From contig OZ316895.1 of the NCBI GenBank assembly GCA_973895155.1, positions 9,598,184 to 9,662,183 of the forward strand: a stretch of 64,000 nt of DNA. The letters run 5' to 3'. Shown here piece by piece: positions 11,718 through 22,573 of this stretch. The number at the start of each line of letters is the position of its first letter. The first letter of the stretch is position 1. The notes beneath the pieces are model-generated. The model worked only from the letters and a program-made list of their open reading frames with translations, did not search any database and was not told the origin of the DNA. The stretch is from Marsupella aquatica (lineage: Eukaryota > Plantae > Marchantiophyta). Position numbers and translations under genes: made by a program.

Positions 11718-14700
11718 TAGCTCCCCACTTAATTGTGAAGCGTCCTCGCGAACAACTTCATCTTCGTCCATATAGTATTTCTTGAGGCGGTCATAATGGA
11801 TGCGAACTGGATATACCTCTCCCGTAATGTTGGCCAATTGCACGGAGCCATTGGGGAACATCATGGTTACTCTAAAGGGTCCTAACCAGCGAGTGTAAAG
11901 CTTTCCTGGAAACCTACTATACCTACTGTCATAAAGTAGCACAAGATCACCGGTATGAATACTAACTACTTTTAACCTTTTATCATACTGCTGCTTCATG
12001 ATATTCTGTCTATATTCTACTCTCTCGGCTGAAATCATTCTCGCTTCATCTAAAGCTTCTAACCTATATTCTCGCTCCTTTAGGCTCTCCTCCGCTGAGG
12101 CTCTTTCCTCAATTGTAACTTGAAATGTCGATATCTCAAGTTGCATGGGTACCAGGGCTTCTTGTCCAAAGGTTAAGAAGAAGGGTGTATGACCGGTAGT
12201 GGATTTATAGGCCAGATTGTAAGCAAAAACAGCAGCAAACAATTTATCATCCCAATCGAGTTTGTTCTGAGCTACTGTCTTGTTCAATATCTTTCCTATG
12301 ATTCCGTTTGCTCGTTCTGTCAACCCGTTTGCCTTTGGATGGTAGGGAGTAGTAGGCCTATGTTTAACTAAATACTGCTCATTTAAACGACTAATTATAT
12401 CATTCAAAAAATGGGTTCCTCTATCACTAACTAATTCTAGGGGTGCTCCATACCTGGTGAAGATCTGCTCATACATGAATCTAGCCGTAGTAATTGCATC
12501 ATCCTTCGTTGTTGGTCTGGCCTCTACCCATTTAGTTGCATAATCCGTAGCCAGGATTATGTACTTGTTCCGTCGAGGGTGGGTCAGTGGTTTCAGAGGT
12601 CCAATGTAATCAATACCCCACTTCTCGAATGGTGCCAGAGGTAGAATAGGGTGCAGTGGATGCCTGGTGGACGCCCTTGGTCCTCCCGCTCGTTGACAAG
12701 GATCGCATTGTTTGATAAACTGATAGACATCCTTGTGCAAGGTGGGCCACCAGTAACCGGCATTTAATATTTTCTTAGACGTGGTTACTGGGGCAAAATG
12801 TCCTCCGGCCTCCTCTCCATGCATGGCCCGTAGGACTCGTTTTACCTCTCTCTTCTCCAAACACCTTTGAATCGTGCCGTTGATTCCATGCTTGTGCAGT
12901 ATGCCTTTAATGCACTGATACTGTCTGACCTTCCGCACAAAGACTGCGGCTTGCTCTCGGCTTAATCCTGGCTGTAATCTGGAAGTGCTGAGAAATTGTA
13001 AAATCTCAGGGTACCATGTACCAGCTATTTCCACAACGAATAGCTCCTCGTCGGGGAATCGATCATCGATGCAATCCGTGGCAGGTTTACTTGTGATCCT
13101 TGAAAAGAAGTCGGCATTGGCATGTAACTTTCCTGGCTTGATCCTCAGCTCATAGTCAAACTCCTGTAATAGCAAAATCCATCTTGCTACTCTGCCTGTA
13201 AGGTCCGGCTTATTGACTAGGTACTTCAAACTTTCATGATCCGTATGAAAGATTACCTTGTACCCTAGTAAATAATGCCTAAACTTTTTACAAGAATAAA
13301 TGACTCCTAATGCTTCTCTTTCCGTGGTAGAGTAGTTCCGTTCAGCATCGGCAAGCTGACGGCTTGCGAAGTATATGGGATGGTCCCTTCCTTTCTCATC
13401 CAACTGACTTAGTACTGAGCCAATACAGAAGCCCGAGACATCTACAAAAACATGAAAATCTTTGTTCCAGTCCGGTGCTATCATGACTGGGGCCTCTACT
13501 AACATCTGCTTCAATTCTACTACCGCTGTGACTCGTTCGGGTGTGGGTTCGAAGTCTGCTCCTGCCTTGAGCATATTGGTTAATGGTAAAGCTAGCTTGG
13601 CAAAATCCTTGATGAACCGGCGATAGTAACCAATGCATCCCAAGAAGGATCTTACATCCTTTATGTTCTTAGGTTGCATGATATCTAGCCATACTGCTAG
13701 CTTACCTTTGTCAATCTCAATGCCCTTCCTTGATACCTTGTGACCTAGTAGCACCCCCTCGGTTACTGCAAAAAAACATTTATCTGGGTGTAACTTGAGA
13801 CCCACCTCCCTACATCTCATGAAGGTTTTCCTGAGGTATTTAGCATGTTTCGATGCCTTCCCGAATACTGCAAAGTCATCAATGAAGATTTCCATGAACT
13901 TTCTCAAGTAATCATGAAAAATGTTCACCATTAATCGTTGGAACATAGCTGGTGCGTTGCAGAGTCCAAACGGCATACGATTGAAGACATAGATCCCCCA
14001 TTCCGTGATGAAGGCCGTCTTGATTTGGTCTTCCTGCCGAATCCTGATTTGGTTATAACCAGAGTATCCATCCATGAATGAATATAGTTCATGACTGGCT
14101 ACCATGTCTAGTACCATATCAGTAAACGGTAAAGGAAAATGGTCTTTTAATGTTGCTTCATTCAGCTTCCTGTAATCCTGACAAACCCGGATCTTGGGTT
14201 TACCATCGGGTCCAGCTTTCTTGGGAACTATCACAATTGGAGACACCCAGTCTGAATGCAGGACTGGAGTGATGAATCCAGCTTCCACTAGTTTGTCGAT
14301 TTCTGTTTTGACCAGCAGGGAATACTTCGGGTTCATCCTTCGAATTGGTTGTCGAAATGATTTGGCTCCTAACATGAGATCAATTCGATGTTCCCCTAGT
14401 GTTGGATCTACTCCCTTTAGATCTTGGTGACTCCATGCAAACACATCCTGAAATTCAATCAATAAGTCACTGATCTCTTTCTCGAGCTCAGGTGCTAGGT
14501 TTCTCCCTAAGTTCAGTTCTCTTCCCTCTCCTAAGTCGAGCTTCCGATATTGCCGTGCTTGGATCATATTAATCTGCTTCTTCAAATTCGGGTCCAGTTC
14601 GGCTTCCAGTCTCTCTAATCTCATACCTCCATAAACTGGGATCTCGGCTGGACTAGCCGAGTCGGTCCCTTCCTTGGTGTCCATAGATTGTCCCCTTACC

Positions 14701-14972
14701 GGTCTATTCGGTTTTGAATTAGTGGTCGGCTCCCCTTCCTGCCTTGGCTCTGGATCGTGTCTGTCCATCTCATCCACCTCTTGCTCCTGAGAGTTAGGCC
14801 GCTGTGCTCTCTCGGCTTCTAATAGGGCCTCAATTTGTTCTGCCCTTGTAATCGGCTTGTATGCCGATCCCTTGGTATTTAATTCCTTGCCGATGATCGA
14901 TGGCGTTGTGGACCCCGTCGGCTCTGCCACAACGCCTGCAGAAAATCCACTGTCCCTGCTACTGCTCCCCAC
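11706..14972 (-). CDS. pol: Pol (RT, RNase H, integrase with GPF motif; no chromodomain)
   Basis: Motifs MDGYSGYNQI, RMPFGLCNAP, FIDD, DVSGFCIG, NYSTTERE, TDH, H-x6-H...CDPCQR, WGIDYIGP, SDRGTHF, NGLTER, WLGPF. Intact 1088-aa frame. Confidence 0.97.
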   Translation of the reverse strand: MGSSSRDSGFSAGVVAEPTGSTTPSIIGKELNTKGSAYKPITRAEQIEALLEAERAQRPNSQEQEVDEMDRHDPEPRQEGEPTTNSKPNRPVRGQSMDTKEGTDSASPAEIPVYGGMRLERLEAELDPNLKKQINMIQARQYRKLDLGEGRELNLGRNLAPELEKEISDLLIEFQDVFAWSHQDLKGVDPTLGEHRIDLMLGAKSFRQPIRRMNPKYSLLVKTEIDKLVEAGFITPVLHSDWVSPIVIVPKKAGPDGKPKIRVCQDYRKLNEATLKDHFPLPFTDMVLDMVASHELYSFMDGYSGYNQIRIRQEDQIKTAFITEWGIYVFNRMPFGLCNAPAMFQRLMVNIFHDYLRKFMEIFIDDFAVFGKASKHAKYLRKTFMRCREVGLKLHPDKCFFAVTEGVLLGHKVSRKGIEIDKGKLAVWLDIMQPKNIKDVRSFLGCIGYYRRFIKDFAKLALPLTNMLKAGADFEPTPERVTAVVELKQMLVEAPVMIAPDWNKDFHVFVDVSGFCIGSVLSQLDEKGRDHPIYFASRQLADAERNYSTTEREALGVIYSCKKFRHYLLGYKVIFHTDHESLKYLVNKPDLTGRVARWILLLQEFDYELRIKPGKLHANADFFSRITSKPATDCIDDRFPDEELFVVEIAGTWYPEILQFLSTSRLQPGLSREQAAVFVRKVRQYQCIKGILHKHGINGTIQRCLEKREVKRVLRAMHGEEAGGHFAPVTTSKKILNAGYWWPTLHKDVYQFIKQCDPCQRAGGPRASTRHPLHPILPLAPFEKWGIDYIGPLKPLTHPRRNKYIILATDYATKWVEARPTTKDDAITTARFMYEQIFTRYGAPLELVSDRGTHFLNDIISRLNEQYLVKHRPTTPYHPKANGLTERANGIIGKILNKTVAQNKLDWDDKLFAAVFAYNLAYKSTTGHTPFFLTFGQEALVPMQLEISTFQVTIEERASAEESLKEREYRLEALDEARMISAERVEYRQNIMKQQYDKRLKVVSIHTGDLVLLYDSRYSRFPGKLYTRWLGPFRVTMMFPNGSVQLANITGEVYPVRIHYDRLKKYYMDEDEVVREDASQLSGELCDA
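11718..11732 (-). other. Polypurine tract (TTAAGTGGGGAGCTA) abutting the 3' LTR
   Basis: Lies immediately 5' of the LTR TG on the minus strand. Confidence 0.8.
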
Positions 14973-17872
14973 TTAGCCGTTTCATCCAATTGGTCTACAT
15001 CCTTTACTTCCTCCGGAATTGCAGCTAAAAAGGTGGATTCTATTGTAAAGCAGTCCTCGACCTCTTCGTCTTCTTCTTCCAAGTCACCTTCCATTGGTTC
15101 TTGCCATAATCCGCTGGGGGGTACCTCTGGTCCAAAGACACCTTCTTCGGTTAGGTTAGTGAAGCATTCTAACCAACGTACTTCATCGGCTGACTCCAGT
15201 CCACTATCGTACCCATCTACTTCCCTTATGCTTTTCCTACGGTCATCCTTAGTGTCCCAGGATACCGTGATAGAGGGGGTCCCGAAAGTGAACTGCTTTT
15301 TACCCCAATCTTCTATTACCTCGGCTAGGTACAGCCATGGTCTACCAATCAATAGCCGGAATGACGTAGGATTTACCGGCTTCATTACTACATAGTTAAT
15401 GCTAAAGAAGATACCTCCTATCTCTGTCTTGATGCCGGTTAACACTCCCGTCGGAATGACCTGATATCCATTGGCCATGTTCAACACTCTTCCAGTCATC
15501 TCCGGTGTTAGACCCCACCCTTTTGCTGTTGAATCAATCATAATACATACCCCTGATCCTCCATCGATGGGTACCCGTAGTAATAATTCTCCTTGAATCA
15601 TTAATGGTAATGCTGGGGCTCCTTGATCCTCTTCTATCATTAGTACGTCGGATCTGGTTGCTACCTTGGGTAATCTCGGCTTGCCGAGAATAGCCTTCCT
15701 TAATTGCTTCCGGAAGTACGGGCTATTTTTCAATAGTTGACCTACTGTTGCCGAGACTCTAGATTCTAGTACATCTTTAGCCAGGTCATAGGGAACAATC
15801 GGCTTCTCTTCTGGTGGTGTTTCCGTCTTGGATTCAGCCAGTTTTGCCACGCTAGTCTCCACAGCTGTTGGGTCTTCCGAAGCAAACAATGCTTTTGCTC
15901 GTTTTACATCCTTGGCAATGGCTTCGGTATTCTCCAGGGTTTCTAATTCTCTTAGTTGTTCCTTAACACTAGCCGTAACAGAGGGGTAGAACAACTTAGG
16001 ATGATCTCGATTGAAGTCGCTATCTTGTGAAGGATTGGTTTCACTGGTGGGCTCATGGCTTACCTGTATTGCCGGAGCCCTCCCTTCTCCTTCTGTTGAT
16101 GTTGATGAAGAGTCGATCCTTTCCTCCGTAACCTTCCCTTTATTTTTGGCCAGCCCATCCCACCTTTCCTTCCTTCTGGTAGATCGAGTAGAGACCCGGT
16201 AGCAATCATGATCTAAATCCTCCTCTGAGAAGGTTGATAGGGCTTCGGCCTCATCATCAGATGGTACGAACTCTGCCTCGGCATCCTCTTGCCATCCTAG
16301 TTCGATGTGGTTGATTTGAACTCCTCCGGGGGTAGTACCTGGCGGTAAGATCTTGATCGGCAAAAGCTTATGATTTGCGGCCAGGCCTGCCAACCAAGTA
16401 GGACATTGCCCTAGCATATGACCTTCCTGTCGGCATCCCATACATAGCTGAGCTGGTTGTCCATCACCCTGTTTGCGTGCATTCGGGCATTCTCTAGCAA
16501 AATGGCCAGGTTGACCACAATTATAGCACGCCGCAAATCTTTGCACATTCGGCCTAGGAGGTACTGACGGGTTCTGAATAATCCGAGGATACATCTCTCC
16601 TGGATTGTTCCTTAACCCTGACCACAGAGATGCAGGTCTGTTGGATAGGTCTCGTGCTCCAGTCTCACTGATGCCGAAAACACTATCAGCGGCATCTCCC
16701 AAAAAGTACTCTACTTCTCCCTGACATGGTCTGATCTCGGCCACATGCCGAACATGATTAGTATTAAGCTTAGGACAAGCATCTTTATGGTGTCCGGTTT
16801 TATAACATAAGGCACACCATACAGAGCTATCCTCCTGTACTACCTTCTTCTTTGGTTTTACCTCTGCAATGATAGCCTTAAGTTGCTCGGTAAGGGCTAT
16901 GATGTTATCTGGTGGCTTAGCCTCCATCTTGACTTTCGTCTTCCCTCTCCTTCTGCCCTTCCTTTTCCTAGTTTTTTCTTCTTCAGAACTAGAAGATGAC
17001 TCACTCTTGCTACTCCCACTATCCGAGCTTGACTTATCACTTCTAGACTTCTTGGAATGTTTCTTCTTCTTATCTTTTTTCTTATGGGGTGATCCCTCCT
17101 CTGATGAGGAACTCTCAGACTTAAGCTGTTTCTTCCGGCTTGTGATATCTGCATTAATGTATAATTGAATATCCTTAATTGCTTCGGCTAAAGTCTCCGG
17201 GTTCTCCTTCCTAATTGCAAAACTCATCTTCTGTGGCAAAGCATTCACCAACCATTGAAGTTGCATACCTTCAGATGCATTGGTCTTTGTACGTCTTACC
17301 AATTTCTGAAAGCGTTGCAAGAACTTCCTGAAGGATTTGTTCTCCTTGAACCGAAGTTGTCCCAACTTCAGCACTGCTAGTTCTGAAGTTCCAATGGGTC
17401 GAAACTCCTTAACAAAGAGTGTTTTGAAGATATCCCAGATGGCTTGATCTTCCACATCTAATGCTCTGTACCAAGGCCTAGCCTCACCCTTGAACAGGCC
17501 GGGAAGAATCTGCATCTTGATGGCCGATTCTCCATTTGCTGCAGCGGTTCCCTCGAAATCATCCAACCATTCGTCCGGATCCTCATCTCCTCTCCCATGA
17601 AATGCCTTGTAATGTATGCGCGACCGCTGGCTCAATCTGGTTCCTGGCCTCTCGTCTGGCCGTGCCTCTGGTTCCCCCATGTCGGTTGGAGACTCACTTC
17701 TCCTTACCGACTCTTCTTCTGGTATGTCTTCTTCGACGCCACTTCCAGTTTTGGAGCTACCAGCTCTTTCTGCCCCTCTCAGTCGCTGTGTATCATGCCA
17801 CCCGGCGAGCTGCTGCAGTCGAGCTCTCTCCCGTTGAATCACTCTTTCTTCCCTCGGCGTAAGGTCAGTCAT
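14879..17872 (-). CDS. gag: Gag-protease (capsid domain, three CCHC knuckles, aspartic protease IDGGSG)
   Basis: Motifs DPDEWLDDF...ARPWY; CALCYKTGHHKDAC, CYNCGQPGHFAREC, CMGCRQEGHMLGQC; VPIDGGSG...LLIGRPWL. Intact 997 aa. Confidence 0.95.
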   Translation of the reverse strand: MTDLTPREERVIQRERARLQQLAGWHDTQRLRGAERAGSSKTGSGVEEDIPEEESVRRSESPTDMGEPEARPDERPGTRLSQRSRIHYKAFHGRGDEDPDEWLDDFEGTAAANGESAIKMQILPGLFKGEARPWYRALDVEDQAIWDIFKTLFVKEFRPIGTSELAVLKLGQLRFKENKSFRKFLQRFQKLVRRTKTNASEGMQLQWLVNALPQKMSFAIRKENPETLAEAIKDIQLYINADITSRKKQLKSESSSSEEGSPHKKKDKKKKHSKKSRSDKSSSDSGSSKSESSSSSEEEKTRKRKGRRRGKTKVKMEAKPPDNIIALTEQLKAIIAEVKPKKKVVQEDSSVWCALCYKTGHHKDACPKLNTNHVRHVAEIRPCQGEVEYFLGDAADSVFGISETGARDLSNRPASLWSGLRNNPGEMYPRIIQNPSVPPRPNVQRFAACYNCGQPGHFARECPNARKQGDGQPAQLCMGCRQEGHMLGQCPTWLAGLAANHKLLPIKILPPGTTPGGVQINHIELGWQEDAEAEFVPSDDEAEALSTFSEEDLDHDCYRVSTRSTRRKERWDGLAKNKGKVTEERIDSSSTSTEGEGRAPAIQVSHEPTSETNPSQDSDFNRDHPKLFYPSVTASVKEQLRELETLENTEAIAKDVKRAKALFASEDPTAVETSVAKLAESKTETPPEEKPIVPYDLAKDVLESRVSATVGQLLKNSPYFRKQLRKAILGKPRLPKVATRSDVLMIEEDQGAPALPLMIQGELLLRVPIDGGSGVCIMIDSTAKGWGLTPEMTGRVLNMANGYQVIPTGVLTGIKTEIGGIFFSINYVVMKPVNPTSFRLLIGRPWLYLAEVIEDWGKKQFTFGTPSITVSWDTKDDRRKSIREVDGYDSGLESADEVRWLECFTNLTEEGVFGPEVPPSGLWQEPMEGDLEEEDEEVEDCFTIESTFLAAIPEEVKDVDQLDETAKWGAVAGTVDFLQALWQSRRGPQRHRSSARN
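14889..14948 (-). other. Putative -1 programmed ribosomal frameshift signal
   Basis: G_GAT_TTT (14948-14942) in the gag frame, 5-nt spacer, perfect 10-bp stem GGCGTTGTGG/CCACAACGCC. Loop GCCGA can pair with downstream TCGGC. pol is in the -1 frame. Confidence 0.8.
14964..14975 (-). other. Central copy of the PPT
   Basis: 12-nt exact match TAAGTGGGGAGC with 11720-11731. Confidence 0.55.
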
Positions 17873-17919
17873 TACCTACGCTTCCGTTCTAACTTCATAT
17901 CTCACGGCTTAAGAAATGC

Positions 17920-17937
17920 CCCCTCCATCTAGCGCCA
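17920..17937 (-). other. Primer binding site, probably tRNA-Asn
   Basis: TGGCGCTAGATGGAGGGG, 5 nt from the 5' LTR. Complementary (one mismatch, from memory) to the plant tRNA-Asn 3' end ...CCCTCCTTCTAGCGCCA. Confidence 0.75.
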
Positions 17938-17942
17938 AAAAA

Positions 17943-20900
17943 TGTGGTGCGTCCCATGGCTCCCTAAACCCAAGAAACCCCCCAGCTCAAGCCGATTCCC
18001 GCAGGTTTCGTGCTTGGCGAGGCCGTTTCCGCGGCTTAGCGGCATGGGACGCTGCTAACCTTCTACTACTACTATTAACATTTTACACACATATACTGGA
18101 CAGATCCTTCATCGGGTCATGAGATACGTAGCCGGCCTAATATAGGCCTTCCCCTGTCTTCCCCTCCATCTTGTTAGGTATGTTTGGATTCCGCCGCCGG
18201 AATGATCCCCAATAGGCTTGGTTAAGCCGCTAAGACCTCTCTCAGCTCGACACATCCAACTCTCACTCCCCTGCTTACTTTCCTTCCTTCTGTTGATGTG
18301 GGCACTCTTCACACAAGTTAATGCGACACACAAATAGCAAAATGACTCATTCTGACTGAGTCATACCATGCACTTGCCATACAAACAGTACATCTCATAC
18401 ACAAGTTCTGCGAACTAAGCCGTGAGGCCAACTCTATTCAGCTCTTAGGCATGAGGAAACATGAATATACACAAGGGTCACTGTATGACTAACCGAGAGC
18501 TTCTCGTACTACTTGATCCCAGCCCGGCTGGTGCAAACTAAAAACTTGCTAAAGAAGAGGCCCTGAGCTCCCCGCTGCCCAGGTACTTATCCTGGTAGTG
18601 GATCCGCCCTTCTTTGCATCGTAAGCCTAATCTACTTAACAGTAATCTACTTGCCCGAATCTACCTACGTACAGCAAGGCAGGAGCACAAGTGTTGCTCC
18701 TACCAGTGGGACCGCAATCCCACTAAGCTAAGTGTCAGGGCCGCTCCTGGTTCTGATCCTAATCCTAAACGTGGAGATCCGTGCCTGCCCTGCCCACTCA
18801 CGCCTCCTCCCTCCACGTCCGCCCTCCCTAAAAGGAACGGCGCCCTTGCACCGTCACGACACCGGTGGTGGATCCTCAATGGACGCCCCCAATACTTCCT
18901 CCTCAGCCACTGCCGTTGGCCCGCCTACTGACAGATTACCTACCCTTGACCGAGTCAACTCTCCATCGGCCTGACTGGGTCCACCTTCGGCTTCAGCCTC
19001 GACACCGGCCTCGGCAATCCCCACGGCTTCGGCCTCAGCCACTCCCACGGCTTCGGCTTCCCCTTCCCCTAGGGTAGTTGGATCCTTAGCCGTGACCCTG
19101 TCTGGGGTCGGTGCTGGGTCTACCTCCTTGATCACCACGGCCTGTGAAGTCGTATTACTCCTTGACCCTGAAGGTTTCCGCTTCTTCTTCGTTGGTGGCT
19201 CGGCAGCTGGTCCCTTCCCCTTCCCACTTACCTCCGGCACTGGTGCAGGTGGCGCGGCTTGTCCTTCGGCAATTACCACCCCTGGTAACTGGTTTGTCCC
19301 AACAGGAGATGGACCTGCTGCAGCTAAGCATTTAAATACTGTGGCTTGTTTCTTCAGCCGCTCTGTTTGGTTGTCGGCCCGCCGCTGTAGGTTCTCCATC
19401 TTCCTCGTGATTTCCTCCAACTCCTCTTGGGTTTCATCCAGGTCCTTACGTGCCCCCTCCAGCTCGTTTTTGGCCTCCTCCTGCTCCCTGTGGGCTTCCT
19501 CCAATTCCTTCTTCAAGGTAGCCCTCTCCTCTTGGGTTGCTCTTAGCTCCTTGTCGAGCTCTGCAATGATGACAGACTCTATCTGGTTCATCTTGGCGTA
19601 AGTCTGTTCGAGCATCTCGTCCTTCTCCCTTAGGTCGGCCTTGAAGCTGGCCGTCAGGGACGCAAGCTCCTGCTGCAGCGCCATAATCCCTTGATAGGAT
19701 TTCCCTAACTCGACCTCCTTCTGCTCAAGGGCTCCGCGGATTTTTTCGAGCTCCCCTTTCAACGCCCATTCCTTTCTTTGGGTCTCCGCCATGGCCCGGC
19801 TGTTGGCTGTTATGTGGGCCTCCTCTGTATTCTTCAGCTCTTGCTTCCACTTTTCCCTTTCTTTGATCGTGTCGGCCAACTCTTCCTGCGTCTGAGTCAG
19901 TTTATCCTTGATATTCTGATTATCAGCCTACGCGGCGTCCAACTGCCCCTGCATGATGTTCAGCTCATGTCGTTTAATCCGCAGTTCATCTTGGGCTTTC
20001 TTGGCCGCCCTTAGATCTTCAATCTCGGCTTCCATCCTCCTAAGCCGCCGAATGACCTCGTCCTTCTTGCTTCTCTCTAAAGCCACCGCTTCTTCTAATT
20101 GGTGCTTCTCCAACTGCTCCCTATGAAAAAAGGGTCCTACCTCCAACTCCTCTCCAAAGATGCCGAGCGCAAGTTCCCCACACATCTCACCATACTCCAT
20201 GGCTCTATTCTTAGCGTAGGTGGAGTAAGTAGAAGTGATCGGCATCGCCCATCGTGGCCTCTGCTCCCAAGCCGTCCTGCGGATCTCTTCAATCGTGGCT
20301 AGAGGTTTGCTTCCTTTTTCGGCTAGCCGCCTGATGTCCTCCGGCCAATCTCCTCCTGGTAAATCCTTTTCCTTAGCCAGGGCGGCCTCTCCCTCCTGCT
20401 TGATTCGCTCCTGAAATTCCTGCACCGTCTATTTTATGCCATCGAAGCTCGGGGGAGCAACATCTGGTGGGGGAGACTCAGGGCTACTCTGCTGGTTGGG
20501 GTCCCCTCGCACTACCCTTGGAAGTGTGGGGACAAACCGGCCACAGGTCCTTACTCCTGGAACGTGATGGTCCGACCCATAGCCGGAATTATCATGGCTG
20601 CAGTCCTCCACTGCCTCCTCTACCTCTTGGATGTCCGGCTTCTCCCTCTCCTCTTCGTTGGTAGGAGCTTCAGGCAATTCTGCCTCCGATTCGGAGCTTG
20701 AGGTTCCCACGTACATTCGAACACCTGGCTTGGATTCCGGCCTGATTCTCTCCTTGTCTCCAGCAAAGGGGTTTTCTCTTGTGAGCCGGTGTAGGCCTAC
20801 CTCTGTAGTAGTGTCCTGCATTGTTGCCGTTGCCGTTGTTGTTGCCGATGCCGATTTCTTTTCTTTCTCCAGTAGTTTCAGCAGACTCTGCATGCCTGGT

Positions 20901-22568
20901 TGCTGCATCGGCAAGTCTTCCTTCCTGGGCCTAAACACCTGCTCGATCGTAGGACTAACAGGTGGTTGAGGCTTCTCAGCCAACGGCCTCGGCGTTGGAG
21001 CTTCCTCGGGTGCCCTTACCTGCAGGGGAAGTACCGGGGCAAAAGTCTGACCTCTGGCATACCGGCACAACAGCGGCATGTGATAGCCAAGCCGCGACAC
21101 GCTCCCCATGCCGATTACCTGCTGCTCCTCCTTTAAGATCTTCTTCAATTGGTTGAGGAGGTACCCGTTGTAGTCCCGGCTTGGGTCTGGCCTTTCTGCC
21201 AGATAGACCTGTGCCTTGCCGATCTCTGCCCTCGGCAAGTTACAATGCATGGTCACCCGCAAGAAGTCGATCATCTCTCCTATGTGCGGGTTGGTGCAGG
21301 TGTTCCGGAAGAAGCCATTCTTCGTTGATGGCCCGGGGAACGACCGGAACTCCTTGTCAGGCAAGGTCTTCCTGGTATCAACTTTGGTCTTATTGCCCAT
21401 CGGCAAGCCAAACACTTCGGCAATCACCTTGGGAGTAAGATAGAAATCCTTCCCATATATCCTCGTGCAATTGGTCTCGGGTTCCCATGACCCCACGAAT
21501 TCTAATAGGTCTGACTCCGGTACCTCCGGCTTCAGCCATGGTAATCTTACAAAGGCCTCCAAGCCGGATCCGGCCATGAAGCCTTGGTACTTCTTGGTCT
21601 GCATGGCCGTAAAGCATGCATCCTCCTCCCGTGCAAAATGTAGTTGCACCTTCACCGGTAGGGTTGCCGCCCAGCCCTTCCAGGTGTCATCCCTGGTTGG
21701 AATGGCCTTGATGGGATCGACCTCCTCCTCTTTGGCTTCTCCCTGCCTCCTGCTCTGCTGCTCGGCTGGCTTCTTTGGTGCCGCCGACCTCGTTCTTTTT
21801 GTCGGGGTGGCTTCATCGTTGACGGCTCCCTTCCTCTTCATCTCTGCTGCCGTGGAGGTTTCTCCTAGCACCGTTGCCCGGGTCCACCTTTCCGTGCTAC
21901 CCTTTAATTCCCAGTGTATGTCGTTGCAGTTCTTGATGGCCTCTCGGATGCCGACGACGCTGTCTTTGCAAAACAGAAGATCGTCAAGTTGATTGGAAGT
22001 AGGCGTCCACAGGAACTCGTCCTTGATGAGTTCACCTCCTAAGAAAGCCGTCTTCTGCAGCTCCCACAATCGAGCGAGCTCCTGCCGTTCTCGAGCTGCC
22101 CTTTCTGACTCCTCATCCTCGTAAGTCTTGATGTACTCAGTTGCCCGTTTGAACAGGCATCCCCAGAAATGTGCCGCTTGATTGACGTTGCTCATACCCT
22201 CCTTAGGTTGATCGTCGGTATCTACTCTCTCCCCGAGTGCTTGCCTAAGCAGCTGACAGTAGTTGGCCTCCCGTAGTCGTCTGCCTAGTTCGTGCTCGCA
22301 AATGAGCCATCATCTCCTGCAAGCGCTCCTTACCCCTCTCCTCTGCCGGTCCTTCTTCCCGTTGATGCTTCCTAGCCGCCGACGCTTAACGCGCCCTAAC
22401 CCTAATCGGGTTTTCACCCTCAGCCTTACCTCCGGCCTCTGCCCGGGTTCCATGGTTGCCCCTAATTGTTTATATTTTCCTTGTTTTGTCACTATACTAA
22501 GGTGTTCCTAGGGTGCCTTCCTGCTTTACCCACTTAACCGGCCGAGTGATTCCTGTCTAGGCATCACA
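17943..22568 (-). repeat. 5' LTR (4626 bp)
   Basis: Differs from the 3' LTR at about two dozen sites counted by eye, nearly all transitions. Confidence 0.95.
18854..22195 (-). pseudogene. LTR-ORF copy with two internal TAG stops (20429-20431, shared with the 3' LTR; 19928-19930, private)
   Basis: Three colinear in-frame ORF pieces. Confidence 0.9.
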
Positions 22569-22573
22569 ATTGG

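Larger units (their letters stand above)
7092..22568 (-). mobile_element. Full-length non-chromoviral Ty3/gypsy LTR retrotransposon (15,477 bp; Athila/Phygy-like RT)
   Basis: Two 4626-bp LTRs, TSD ATTGG (7087-7091, 22569-22573), PBS, PPT, and gag-PR / RT-RH-IN order. Confidence 0.97.

Noticed and set aside
11706-11900. Chromodomain or extra RNase H (chromovirus or Tat assignment)
   Set aside because: Integrase ends shortly after the GPF motif, and no second RNase H lies between RH and IN.
880-22568. Three 4.6-kb copies as an assembly artefact or tandem three-LTR array
   Set aside because: The copies differ, have two separate exact TSD pairs, and the intervening DNA is the interrupted transposase.
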